From Paraspadella gotoi (Eukaryota; Animalia; Chaetognatha): 64,000 nucleotides of DNA. Position numbers and translations under genes: made by a program. Below are positions 40,056 through 53,100 of this stretch, in pieces (positions within the stretch are counted from its first letter, which is position 1; each line of letters starts with the position of its first letter). The stretch covers positions 17,028,606-17,092,605 of the forward strand of contig CM119267.1 in assembly GCA_051294375.1 (NCBI GenBank), given 5' to 3'. The notes beneath the pieces were generated by a model that was not told the DNA's origin, ran no database searches, and saw only the letters and a list, made by a program, of their open reading frames with translations.

Positions 40056-40836
40056 ATGACATCTTTTGCCTTGGGATTATTGCGGAACATTTACACTAGG
40101 AATCCGATCGTTGCTGGCAAAGCTTGCAAAAGCGTCTATCGATCGTTGCTTCTTGGTCCAGAGGTAAACTCTTTGATTTTAACTTTTTTTGCTTCTATTT
40201 TCGGAACGATGAATTTATTTACGCATTTGTATGTCGCCTTCAAAAACCTTTTTTAGCCATTTTCATTAGCGACCAGTTTGAATTCAAGGTCTTTGACGAG
40301 TTTCCCTGTTGCCCCCTAACAGTTTTCTTTCCGCCACTTATTCTTTAAAAAACATTGGTAGATGCGGATGTTTTCGATTTCCTCGTCGACGGCGTCGAAG
40401 AAAGAAAAGGACATCACCGTTTCCTTCGACCATCCGGACGGAAAAGTCTCCTCCGTGAAAGGCGCCGAGGGCGACTCTCTTTTGGATCTTGTCGTCGACA
40501 ACAGCGTTGGTGAGAAATGGCGGGAAAAGAAACTTAATCAACGTTGATATTTTGACTGGATCAAGTTTCTGTTTTATATTGTTGTACGTAGATATTGATG
40601 GTTTCGGCGCTTGCGAAGGAACTCTGGCTTGCTCTACTTGTCATTTGATTTTTAGTAAAGAAGACTACGAACGGATACCTGACGCCCCTACTGACGAGGT
40701 ACAGCAGTAAAAATTATTGTATTTTAAATTTTTAATATTATTTTTGCTTTTATTTAAATTTTGTCATTTTTAAGAGGAAAGGTCATTCTACTTTTAACAA
40801 TTCGTAATCTTTGATGTATTAGAGCTATATCGAGAA

Positions 40837-40874
<38 letters not shown>

Positions 40875-42303
40875 CTATATCGAGAAATACATCGTTTTTA
40901 TTTATATGTAAACATTCTGTTTTAAATATTTTTTTAATTCGGTAAATTACAAAATTGTTAAATTAAATCGGTAAGCACATTTTTTAAATATTTGTTTTTC
41001 CATCTGGTTGTTAAAAAATTAGGTAAGAAGTGAAAACACGGTAAAGGCAAATTTAGACAGGGAGAGTTAAACAATTAATCTTGTTACTCTGTTGGTTTTC
41101 CCGTCTTGAACAAAATCTTTAATTAAATAGATAGTAAAGAAATTCGATCTATACTGAATCTACACTGAATTTAAAGAGTTGCAGCCTAAACGATTGCAAT
41201 AATATTGATTTAAAAATTTGATTAGCAGTCTAAAAAACATTTGTGAAAATGTAATAGAGAGACATTTTGATAAACGTGTTCCAGTTAGTAAGAATTCAGG
41301 GTTTTAAAAATTTTAAAAATTTAAACATTTCTAATTCACTAATAAAAAATTCATACAAAATATCAGATGGATTGGCCTTTTCGTTTGACCTGCAACTCTT
41401 CAGATAGGTTTCTTTTATTTTATGAAATTGGTACAACCAATATAAAAATTATCCATTCATTTAATAAATAAGCTATCTTGCCCCTGACTTTGGACAGGCT
41501 TTGGTGGTTTAAGGCCTCCATCACTCTTACATTATATTACTCTTATATTACTCTTATATTATAATTAAAACCGATATAAAATGGCGAAGAATGCATCAAA
41601 TGTTTAAAATGAATACATTTTCGGAATCGCCAGGAAATCAGCTTTTTGAATCTATACTTCATTTGCGCCTATTTTCAAGTTGATTTGAATGACCCTTTTT
41701 CTTAAGTACTGATATAAATTTGTTGTAATTGTAAATAATGGAGCAACTTGAACATAAGATTATTTTACTTCAGATGTAGAGCTACCATGATGGAAAAAAA
41801 ATTGTCGCGGTTACTTTCCAGGTACTTTTTGGCATTTTAATATAAGAATTAAAAAATTAAATTTAGAAATCGAGTGATTCATATGAGCTGTGTCTCATTT
41901 ATGTACGACAAAAAATACAAAAGTTCCATGCAAAAGAAAATGAATTGTCCAAAAAAATGCTTTTCTTTTTTATCTTTTTCATATCTACACTTTTTTTTAT
42001 ATTAATTTTTAGTTTTTTTATTACTTTTTGACAATGAAATTAACTTACTTTTCCAAACCGCGACAATTTTTTTTTCCATCATGGTAATTCGTTGTAGCTT
42101 ATTATTTTCAGACTTTAATCTTGCAGTTTGAGTTTTATTGCCTTATTATGACAACGCTTAAATTTGGGCAGGAATACGACATGCTGGATTTGGCTTATGG
42201 TTTGACTGAAACTTCGCGATTAGGCTGTCAAATATTTTTGACTCGTGACCTCGACAACCTCAAAGTTAAAGTGCCACAAGGAATCGCGGATGCCAGGAAC
42301 TGA
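40056..42303 (+). CDS. FDX1: Mitochondrial adrenodoxin-type [2Fe-2S] ferredoxin
   Basis: Presequence-like N-terminus; [57 protein letters not shown]. Confidence 0.93.
40774..41701. mobile_element. TTAA-flanked non-autonomous TIR element (Sola3/Kolobok-like); truncated left end also at ~13409-13580
   Basis: ttaa-gaggaaaggtcattc ... gaatgaccctttttc-ttaa. Confidence 0.6.
41785..42084. mobile_element. 300-bp MITE with TA target duplication
   Basis: ta-ccatgatggaaaaaaaattgtcgcgg ... ccgcgacaatttttttttccatcatgg-ta. Confidence 0.85.
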
Positions 42304-43306
42304 AAGCCGTCACTCAAGGTGCTGCTGTTCTGGTTGTCAAAACTGAGGCGAAAAAGTGAAGCATTCCTTTCGTTTCAACGAGTTTTGCTTGGAGAGATAC
42401 ATTGACGAATTAATAAAAGACGAATTAATCCCTCCCACGTGTTTCCAGTTAATTGGATATTGCGGATATCTTGTAGGGTAGCTTATCAATATGGTTGATA
42501 GATTTCGATTCATAGGGTGATAGTTTCTTGCCTGACTTTTTAGTCGATGTCGGGAAGTTTAATCAGAATCTAGTCAAATAGAATCAATCATCTTCGAGTT
42601 AGATTGCAAATTAGATGAAATTTCTGTATATTTTATTATTTACTAATGCTTTCTTCGACCCAATTTTCAAAGAATGATCATTAAATGGTTTCATAATATA
42701 AACTAAAATTTAAATGTAATGAATTTCCCCATCTCTACATGACTTTTTTGGGGCGGTCGAGCCTGAAATATTGATATTTTTAAATTTACAAATTTAGTTT
42801 TCGTATGCACGTAAAAACAAAACGGTTTTTGTTTTATTACCTCGCATTATCCTAACAAAATACCATCTTGTCCAATTGCAAGTCAGCGATAAAAAGCCGC
42901 GGTAATTGTTACAGTTTTAAGATGACATATGCTTATTAATTAATTATTAATGACATGTCCTTAGTGTCCTTACTTAGTTCAAACTGTACGGATTTTTGCA
43001 AGGCCGAGCCGAAGAAAAAAATCCAACTATTCGTCATTACATCTTTGTAATGTCAACTTGATTTGTTCAAGTTTTTTTGATAAATACAAGTTGTTCGGAT
43101 CATTTTGTTTTATTTTTCGTTAGTTTTGAACGTGAAGATCTCAATCCAAACTGAATCGGGTTATTGAAACATGAAAACCGGACAGATTTAGTCTATCTAA
43201 ACTCAACCATTGTCTTTCCCCCCAACTTCCAGTCCCAAATAAAAATATTATTTTGCATTGTTTACAAAAACCAATCGCATTTATAACATTATCACGGCAC
43301 AAAAAA

Positions 43307-46300
43307 ATGGGCGGTATAAACGACAATGAGTCACCGGCACGCGAGGAAAAAAAAGCAATGCTACAGAATGTAACCGAAGATTGTAACGAGGGTGAGTCCA
43401 ATTTTATCGAGTAAACTGTTAAGGGAATTTCAATTGGCTTACAGATAAAGTTAATTTTTAACAGAGAATGGGTTAAAGCCGTCAGGCGATTTCGTGGAAA
43501 AGGGATTTCTCGATTTCGACGATGGAGTGGAATTTCAACCAGCTGGTTCAAGGGACAAATACCAACTTGTCTACATCATCTTTCTGTTACACGGCATTGG
43601 AATTCTCATGCCCTGGAATATGTTCATTACTGCTTACAGGTGACCAAAACAGATGAATTCGTTTTATTTATTTTTTTTTAATCTCGCCAGACGGGCGAAT
43701 GCCCGACTTGGGCAAGATATTAATTCCTTTGCTTCTTTTGACCGTAGTCGTCGTCGTCACGCTGTTTTAATATTAAAAATAGTTTGTGTATAACCATAAG
43801 AACCTGAAATTTTAGATATGGCTTTTCATCATTGAGGTCTTTTTTCTATCTCTTTCTCACTCATACACGCAATTGTTTGTTTTCATTTATAATGAATAAT
43901 TATTATCGCGTTAATGAATGATTATCATTGTATCAATGAATGACTATCATCAATGATGATTCATCATATCTATCATTTGGTTTTTATCGGACAAATATTT
44001 GGTTATCATTTCATCAATATTTGTTATTATCGCATCAATATTTGGTTATTATCAAATTAATATTTAGTTATCATCGCATCAATATTTGGTTATCATCGCA
44101 TCAGTATTTGGTTGTTATCGTATCAATAATTAATTACTATTACATCAATCAATTATTATTACATCAATAATTCATTATCGCATCAATCATTTATTTATTT
44201 TTTCAGATTTTTTTATTTATTTTTTTTGATAGTAACGTCTGGTGAGATCACTATACTAAGATTTTTAAAAAAATACAGTCTAGTATTGTTATTGGTATGA
44301 ATTCTTTTATTACCTCGTAGTTATTTCATCGACTACAAATTGAAAGGACCTTGCGGGGAACCCGATTCTGAATACCGCAATTTCTTCATGAACTATTTGG
44401 GAATCGTGGCTCAGCTTCCTAACGTTTTGCTCAATGTTATAAATTTGTTCGTCCACATGGCGGGAAATATTAAAACAAGGTGACAATAAATTAATAAATA
44501 CGTTTCCAACTACACAAGGCTTCATATTATAAAATGAGGTAACGGTTTTTTATGACCAGAATCTGCTCCGCAAAAACGACTGGACCAAAATTATTGAAAT
44601 TTGGTTTGAACGTTCCCTTTGTGAATACAGGGTACGCGCGCTCTTTTGGGAATAAATTCTGTTAAATCCGTTGTATGTAAAATTGTAGATTAAAACTTCG
44701 TAGTTTGGCTTTCAGTCGATGCCCAAAATGTTTAAAAATTTTGATGGGATAATGGCCTAATTAACACTTTGAAATGACATATCGTTTTTTTCTGCGCGCG
44801 AAGAGATAATTTTCACGACTTTGTCTAACTTTACACCCATGTCAGTTGGTTAAAATTAATAATAAATTAAAATAAACATTTTTGGAATCTGCTTTCAGTC
44901 AATACCCAATATGTTATGAAAATAGATTGATAGATTGAAGAGATAATCCTTTTTTTAAGGGTTTTTACAGGTAGGTAAAAAAAAATAAAAATACAGTTCG
45001 TAATAATAATTTATTGAGTACCCCAAGGACATAAAAATTATTCTAAAAAGTATTTTGTGCCGGAATTGGTTTAAAAAGACAACCAATATTGAAATAACAT
45101 TACAGTTGCAGTTGCAAAAAACTGTCCTTTCCTTTGGAGTCTTTTATCGAGAGCGGTAATTTGAGTATTAGGATTCTGATAATTATATGGTAATTAGGAT
45201 TGTGATAATGAAAATATGTTATTTAAACATTTTTCCACTCTCATGCCAATTTAAAAAAAAAACAACTTCAAATGAATTTTTCAAAATATTCCCAAGAGAG
45301 CGCGCGGACCCTGTAGAAATAGAACTATCAAAGCGAATTTCAATAATTGACCCCTGAGCCGAGATATGGGGCCCCCGAGGGTAATTATTAGGTAATAATT
45401 TTTTTAAAGATAAATATTATTAAGTGGTTTTCAAAAAACGCCGAAACCTCGGTCGGCGAAATTTTTTTTTTCCTGAAAGAAAACAGAGCAAACAAATAAT
45501 TGCGAGAATGGTTGCAAAAAGGTCTTATGTTAACAATAAACATAAACAAAAAAGGAAAATAAAAAAGAGATCAGGGAACAAAGTCAAGCAACTCCGTCCA
45601 CATGAGATGGCAACTCAATCACGGGACTTCGGGAAGCAAGCAGGTCCCCATTCTCGCGCTGAAGGCAGACAAAGTCTCTCAAAAAAGTTCTTTGACGTTT
45701 TGCCGATGTCAAGCCTGCATTCGTTGCTTGGAGTGTGGCGAAGTATCTTAGGCTTGAGAGAGCATCCAGGTAACAACCAAAGGGATGAAGCCAACGTCGG
45801 CCGGCAGTTTGCCTTCATACTTGGCATGTTTGGCCTGACGAGCTCGTTCCAGGGCATATGTAGGATTGAGGATGGTATGACCAAAACAGTCCTGGCGAAG
45901 GGGGGAGGTGACAGTAACGTCAAAAGCTCTGGTGATCTTGTTCCAGAATCTTTTCCAACCACGGATGGTGAAATCCCCAGGTCTCTCTGGGTTTCAACAA
46001 AATTCCCCTCGATAGTTCCAATTGTATTGCCAAAGTCTACCTACACGCCAAATTGTATCCAATTTGATCTAGTAATTTGTGCGTAACCGATTCTCGGCTT
46101 GAAAAAACGGCGTATCATTTTTTAATATGAAGCCTTCTCTATATCTTTTTCCAATAGTAAGCAGTTCGCGGATAAAAATTCATTTTTAGGATCGTTTGGA
46201 GCATTGTGACTATGATCGCTACATTTGTTGTCACTATCGTCCTTGCCATGGCCGATAGCAGTCAGTGGATTGAAGCATTTTTTTGGGTATAGAATTAGCC

Positions 46301-49300
46301 AGAACTTAACATGTATAAAATAGAATAGAATATAGCGTAATGTAGTTGTTCTTTGCTGTTTGAACGTAGGTAACCATGATCTCCGTGGTGATACTCAATG
46401 CCGCGACAGGCGTTTATCAAAATAGCCTTTATGGGTTAGTTGCAATTTTGCCCCCACGGTATACCAATGCTGTGATTTTGGGGAACAACATAAGCGGAAC
46501 CATCACCACTATCGTCTCCATAATTTCCAAGAGCGTTGTTGATAGTTTAGGTAATATTTCCTTCTATCGAGTCCAAGATCACGTGTTTCATAGTTTTATG
46601 ACCTTCAATGCGTTGCTTAGTTATTACTTGATAATTAAACAGAATTCCTCGATTTTGGACTTTTTTCATATTTTTTTCACAGGAGGGAAATCGACAGACA
46701 ACATTCGCACCTCGGCCATATACTATTTTCTCTTCGCTCTCATCATGCTCCTCATCGCCTTCGACTCATATTTTGCCCTACCATTGATTAAATTTTTCAG
46801 GGAAAACGAAAGGAGGATGGAGAGCGAGAAGTTGAAAGCAAGCCTTATGAAGAAGGTGAAGTTATTCGTAAGCGGCGGGGACGCTCAGGAGTCGTGATCA
46901 GAACACATTTTTCGATTTTCTTTTAATTTTTGTTACTGCAATTTTTTTTTTTTACAAATCAGGAGGCTGGTGACGTCGTTTCAACTGCGCCGCCTTATTT
47001 GGCCATTCTCAAAAAGATCTGGGTTCAAGCTTTTTCAGTTTGGTTTGTATTTTTCGTGACGCTCTCTAACTTCCCCGCTATCCAACTCAAGATCAGCCCG
47101 GAAGTTGACTCGGTGCGTTAAATGATTCTACTGTGGTTCGTGACTTGATCCACGAAGCCACTGGCTCCATTAAATAAAAATAATAAAAAATTATCAAATG
47201 CTAGGTTATTCCGCCGAAATACTTTGCAGATATTACTTGCTTTATCGCTTTTAACGTTATGGCCGTTGTAGGAAATTTTTGCACGGAATTCGTCAGATGG
47301 CCTGGTACGATATTCTTAAATAGGATAGTTCGGGGTAATTCGGAACACCTTTGGTAGTAATCAAATTTTTCGCATTTCTTTCAATTCATTTCATTCAATT
47401 CATTTCATTTTTGTTTATTCATTTCATTTTTTAAACGTTTTCACATCAATGATTCCCTATCATCACATGAATAATTTGGTATCATCATATGAATAATTTA
47501 GTGGAGGACGGAATTTTTAGAGATAAATAATTCGAGACCAAAGTAAAATGAATGTGAATTTATTTTAGCGTAACATCGAAGGGGAAAATGCGCGCGTGAA
47601 TAAAATAACAATGCCTTTTATAAGAACTACTTTGTTATGAAAGTAGGAATGTGAAAAGGGAATGGAATTTTAGGCCGAGAAATATTATTGACATTTTTGT
47701 AATGCACCGAATTCTCACAATTCATCGCATCAATAATTTGTCTTCATCGCATCAATAATTGGTTATCATTGCATCAATAATTGGTTATCATCGCATCAAT
47801 AATTGGTTATCATCGCATCAATAATTCGTTATCATCGCATCAATAATTGGTTATCATCGCATCAATAATTTGTTATCATCGCACAATAATTGGTTATCAT
47901 CGCATCAATAATTGGTTATCATAGCATCAATAATTGGTTATCATCGCATCAATAATTGGTTATCATCGCATCAATAATTGGTTATCATCGCATCAATAAT
48001 TGGTTATCATCGCATCAATAATTGGTTATCATCGCATCAATAATTGGTTATCATCGCATCAATAATTGGTTATCATCGCATCAATAATTGGTTATCGCAT
48101 CAATAATTCGTTATCATCGCATCAATAATTGGTTATCATCGCATCAATAATTGGTTATCATCGCATCAATAATTGGTTATCATCGCATCAATAATTGTTA
48201 TCATCGCATCAATAATTGGTTATCATCGCATCAATAATTGGTTATCATCGCATCAATAATTCGTTATAATCGCATCAATAATTGGTTATCATCGCATCAA
48301 TAATTGGTTATCATCGCATCAATAATTGGTTATCATCGCATCAATAATTGGTTATCATCGCATCAATAATTCGTTATCATCGCATCAATAATTCGTTATC
48401 ATCGCATCAATAATTCGTTATCATCGCATCAATAATTCATTATTATTGCATCAATAATTCGTCAACCTTTTTTTTCGGATTTTTTAATTAATTTTCTTTG
48501 ATAATAACGTCTCAATTTATATGAGTGTTCCGAATTACCTCGCACTACCCTACCTATTTTTTTGATTGGAAGTGTTTTATTCTTCTATATATCTAGTGAT
48601 ATGATTTTTTTTTTTCAGGTCCCAAATATATTTGGGTTCCCGTGTTGCTCCGTGGTTTATTCATTCCTTTCTTTCTACTTTGCCGTTATGACTTAGATCA
48701 TCGGTACGATAATCTTAAGATTTTTATATGCATGACTGTTCTGTATGTGTTATATGGATGTTATATATGGATAATTTTTATATTGGTTGTACCAATTTCA
48801 TGCATTATTATAAAAACCTGTATTTGTAAACTTTTTCCAGGTTGTTGTTCCCAGCTGTGATTCACAGTGATTGGATATATTTTGCTGGATCCATTTTGCA
48901 TGGATTTACTTCCGGGTAAATTTTGTAAATTTTCGGATAAAAAAAAGAACTAAATTTGTTTCTACTTTTTATTTTTGTTCATCTTATTTAATTGCAGATA
49001 TTTTAGTTCTTTGTGTATGATGTACGCACCATCTCGGGTTTCTTCTCAACACGCAGGTACATTGCTAATTCTTCATTATTTAAAAGCTTAAAATCAGAAT
49101 TTGATTTTTCTTAAAATACCAGTAACTGATTTATTTTTTTTTATTTATTCACGTAAAACAACTGACAATATTCTTTGTTATTCAGGGACCGCCGGTATGA
49201 TGTCGGCCTTGTTTCTGGTTCTTGGAATATTTTCTGGTTGTCTGTTTTCCCTTGTATTGGGTAAACTCATGCTTCAATACAGCGGTCTTATTGAGCCAGC

Positions 49301-49349
49301 AGAGGTGGGCAATTTAATTGTCAACGCTACCATCACGGCATGCCCTTAA
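43307..49349 (+). CDS. Equilibrative nucleoside transporter (SLC29A1-3 family)
   Basis: DKYQLVYIIFLLHGIGILMPWNMFITA..YQNSLYGLVAILPPRYTNAVILGNNISG..VWFVFFVTLSNFP..LRGLFIPFFLLC..TSGYFSSLCMMYAP..AGTAGMM. Confidence 0.93.
43681..44256. mobile_element. Second copy of the minisatellite-carrying element
   Basis: atctcgccagacgggc ... degenerate ttatcatcgcatcaata units ... gtaacgtctggtgagatcactatac. Confidence 0.7.
44628..45313. mobile_element. Nested Tc1/mariner-like MITE, TA target duplication
   Basis: ta-cagggtacgcgcgctcttttgggaata ... tattcccaagagagcgcgcggaccctg-ta. Confidence 0.8.
45590..45995 (-). mobile_element. 3' fragment of a CRE-clade non-LTR retrotransposon (restriction-like endonuclease), frameshifted
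   Basis: Minus translation ERPGDF..AFDVTVTSP..ALERARQAKHAKY..FIPLVV..FERL..CLQRENGDLLASR..PSHVDG matches RPAD / DVTV / KxxKY / LQRGN motifs. Confidence 0.8.
47323..48550. mobile_element. pogo/Tc1-mariner-like MITE, TA target duplication, containing a minisatellite array
   Basis: ta-ggatagttcggggtaattcggaacac ... gtgttccgaattacctcgcactaccc-ta. Confidence 0.8.
47720..48460 (+). repeat. 22-bp minisatellite, ~33 copies of aataattggttatcatcgcatc
   Basis: Directly visible head-to-tail array with no spacers. Confidence 0.95.
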
Positions 49350-50152
49350 ATCGATGGCGCTTCGACGGACGGAATAACGTTTGCCGTTACTTTTTGATTT
49401 GTGCTTCCATCCGCGAATTAAGCGCTTTTTACGACTCATTTACGACTCTCAATGTGTAGTGAAGTTACGGAATCTGTTAAAAAGCCTGGCCAAGACGAAA
49501 TGTTTTTACACAAGTTTTTCACACTTTCATTTTGATTTTTTCGATCAACTCAAATTCTGTTTGATATTTTATTTCCATCGAGTTCCATCTGTTATCTGAC
49601 CAAAAAGTGGTGCCGAATTATTTTTCCTTATTTTGAAGTTTTGTGTTTTTCTTATTTTTATTTGTTAATTTTTCGTTGTTGTAATGTTATATATAAGAGT
49701 TTCAAGGTTTTAATTCTTCATTTAAAAAGTTTTCCTCGTCATAAATGAGTAGCCGTTTACTAGAACATTTACATATGTATTTACTTACGTTTGTATTTTG
49801 GTTTTATATTCTTAGGAATAAGCGTAGTTTTTTTTTAATCGAAAATCCGTGATTTGAAGTGCCATCAGTGCCCCGGATGTAATTTCTTATATTTCTATAA
49901 GTCTTATGAATTAGTTTTGCCTTAATATAAAGGTCCGTTATAACGGCGTTATTCGGGTAATTTCTCACGTCCTAGTTTTCTCAACTCATTTTTTTTTTCA
50001 ACCGCCTCTTATCGTTTCAATTGAAATGAACAAAAAATACAGACGCTTGTATTTATTGTACGATGGAATCTATTTTTTCCAGCTTAAATCAAGGCTGTCT
50101 AGAAAAATATATATATATATTTTTTTATAAATGAGCAACTTTTCCATTATAA

Positions 50153-53100
50153 ATGATGAATGTAAGCCGCGGGTTGACAACACTGCCTCGCGCGCTATTG
50201 CAACTTTCGATCACGCGCCGCGCCACAGAGTTAAGAACAAAATGTTCGAATGCCGTCATCGCAGGCGCTCGATCATTCAGCACAAAACCATTAAAGGAAG
50301 AGAATTTTACGCCGACTTTAGCGAACGAAAAAGAAGGGGAGCTGGTTGGCGAGGAGAAACCCAAATCGGTCAAACCGTTGGGCGAAGTCTTCGATCATCC
50401 ATCCATAGGTCTGTAATGCGGGTTGCGAAAAGGGATGGGAACTCCGGTTGGTTACTGCTGCTTGGGGATTTTCTTACTAGCCGTGGTATGTGTGGATGAA
50501 CGTCTCTAATCTTGATTTGTACTCCTGCCCCAGACATTTACGGTCACGATGTCCCAGCACTTCCATACACCAACAAACAATTTCTTAAAAAACTTTTCGT
50601 GGGCACCTTCGATACTGACATGCTAACCTTTCCTGAAGTTGCAACCAATAAAGACCTTGAGGATCTTGAAGATTTCTGCAAACCTTACGAAGAGTTTTTT
50701 TCAGCTGTCGACCCCAAGATTTTTTTCTCTGATAAACCGGTATAAATATGAAGGAAAAGAATAGAAATGATTCTTAGGTACTAAAACAGATTGTCTTGTA
50801 AGCTGCCAGCGGAATTTGTGACAGCCATGGCGGAGATAGGATTGTTCGCTCAAGCTATTCCCAAATCCTATGGCGGCTTGGGGTTAGATAATACCTACCT
50901 CACGCGTATGGCTGACATTACAGGTTAGCAATCTTCTGTATATTTTACAAAGAAAATATATTTAAAGGACAACACTTGATGAGATAATATTTTTACATAG
51001 TTATATTAATTATTAATTGATATACATCAAGGAGCTATGCCGTCGGCCAACATTCTGATAGAAGTCCACCATAACCTGGCGACAAGTGCCATTTGCAAAT
51101 ACGGAACAGAGGAGCAAAAGAAAAAGTACCTGCCCAAATTAGCCACTGGGGAAATATTGGCTTCGCTCTGTGTCAATGAATCCAAGACTCAATTCGATTT
51201 TCAATCTTTGAAAGTAAGCTGTTTTCGAACTCTTATATGTCCTGTCCACCTTTCTTGATCGCTTTTTTCGATATTATAACTCTTGTGTACTGTTAGATGT
51301 AAACTAGTGAAATAACATAAAATACTGTTTCGCTTTTAGAGTTCAGCGTCCGTCATCTTTTCTTCGGATTCAAACTTGGATTGCTTTTCTCTCGTCGGTA
51401 CTTCTGTCCGCTAAATGCACTATTTTAAAATATGAGATGAGCCCTTACCTTGCTCCCTTTTCTGCCCTGCGAGGTTTCAAAACTTGGGTGCCTAACGCGG
51501 ACATTACCGACCTTTTTCTCGTCGTCGCCAAGTCTCCCTTGGAAAGCAACGGACAGTGGAAGGGAGAAGGTTGGCATTTATATATTTCATTGGAGATGAG
51601 CTTTTTGTACATACCTTTCTATAATAAATTTAGGACTGTCGATGTTTCTTGTCGAAAGCAATCGGGAAGGCATCAACATCGGGGATCGAATCGAAGGGGT
51701 GCAAAGTCCCCGCGGTTTGCCTCTCTTTGACGTCACCTTTAACAACGTTCGTCTTGAGCGGGAGGACATGCTCGGCCCAGGTAATTCAACGCAGTCACAT
51801 TTGTTATGGGGGAAGCGGGTTCTTTGAAAATTGATGAAAACTAAACTAATCTAGTTTTCCCTATATTTTTTTTTCAGCCGGAGATGGCGACATGATTGCC
51901 ATTCGTACGATGACCAACTCTTCCCATCTTTTCGGCGCTTCGTCAGCCTGTCTTTTGCGAAAGTTCACTAATATGCTCCTAAATTATTTGACGACGGAAA
52001 AAATAGGGGATGTGCCTCTCTATGAAAATCAGGTTTGAATGAACGAAATCGCGAATGGAGGTTAGCCCTTTTCTTTCTTTCATTAATAATTAAATTTATT
52101 GATTTTTTTTTTCAGAGTTTTCAGGCGGTTTTGTGCGAGTTACAGATTGTTGCTTATGTAATGGAATCTATGGCATATATGACTGGACAGGTAAAATAAC
52201 CTTAGCGCGTAGAGATCGCAAGTAAGAATATTGTTTTATAGAAATCTGTATTTATTAACGGAACAAAATCACTCGCTACCAGCGTACATGTAAATCAGCG
52301 CAAACCTTGGTGTTGTATTTTAAATCATCATCCTTATTAAACTCGTGTCATTAACTATTGTTATCTGCCATGAAGAATTTAATAAAAACTGTTCTTTTGC
52401 GAATGAATTTTTTAGGTCCTCGACGAGTTCGAGGCGCCTGATTTCACCTTGGAGCAGGCAGCCACGCGAATCTGGTAATAATCTTTATCAACCTTTTGTG
52501 GTGGTTTTATTCATATCAAGTTAATATTACAGAATACAGATGCATACAAATACATACAATAACAACAATTATCACAGTAAACAATACAAGAAAAATAAAT
52601 ATAAGAGAAACAGTTAGTTTGTAGAAAAATTTTTCATAAGTATGTACAAGAGAATTTCATTATTTGTGTGAACAAAATTTTCGTAGAATTTTGTTTCTTT
52701 TATAAAAGATGGTAAATAAGTTAGGGTATCCAAAGAATTCCCGTAGAGTTCGAATACTATGCCATCTGTTCCATCTTAAAATTTTTCTAACACCATCCTT
52801 TAGAGCTGCATATAACTTGGTTATTCTTTGCATGAAAACTCTTAACTTGTCTAATTGTATTATATAGTAGTCTAACCTTGTGTTGTATAGATGCTCCCTC
52901 TATTTCCAGAAGACAACACTGACCTCCCCCTCCCAAAATGAGGTATTAGATATAAATTAATATAAAATAATATAAATTAATAAGCATATAATATTTTTAA
53001 AAAGTAATATATATATATAATTAAATAATATAGTTTAAATAGTAAAACATTCATAAAATATAAAAATATAAGATAGTGAAACAAGTAATTTTGCAAATTT

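Larger units (their letters stand above)
44531..46123. mobile_element. Older TIR element in an ENT intron, carrying nested insertions
   Basis: Imperfect ~70-bp inverted ends (cggttttttatgaccagaatctgctccgcaaa vs ttgtgcgtaaccgattctcggcttgaaaaaacgg). Confidence 0.5.

Noticed and set aside
45424-46086. 220-aa plus-strand ORF
   Set aside because: Antisense shadow of the CRE retrotransposon fragment
47720-48460. CRISPR-like array (also 13578-14140)
   Set aside because: Head-to-tail units with no unique spacers, no cas genes, eukaryotic intron context
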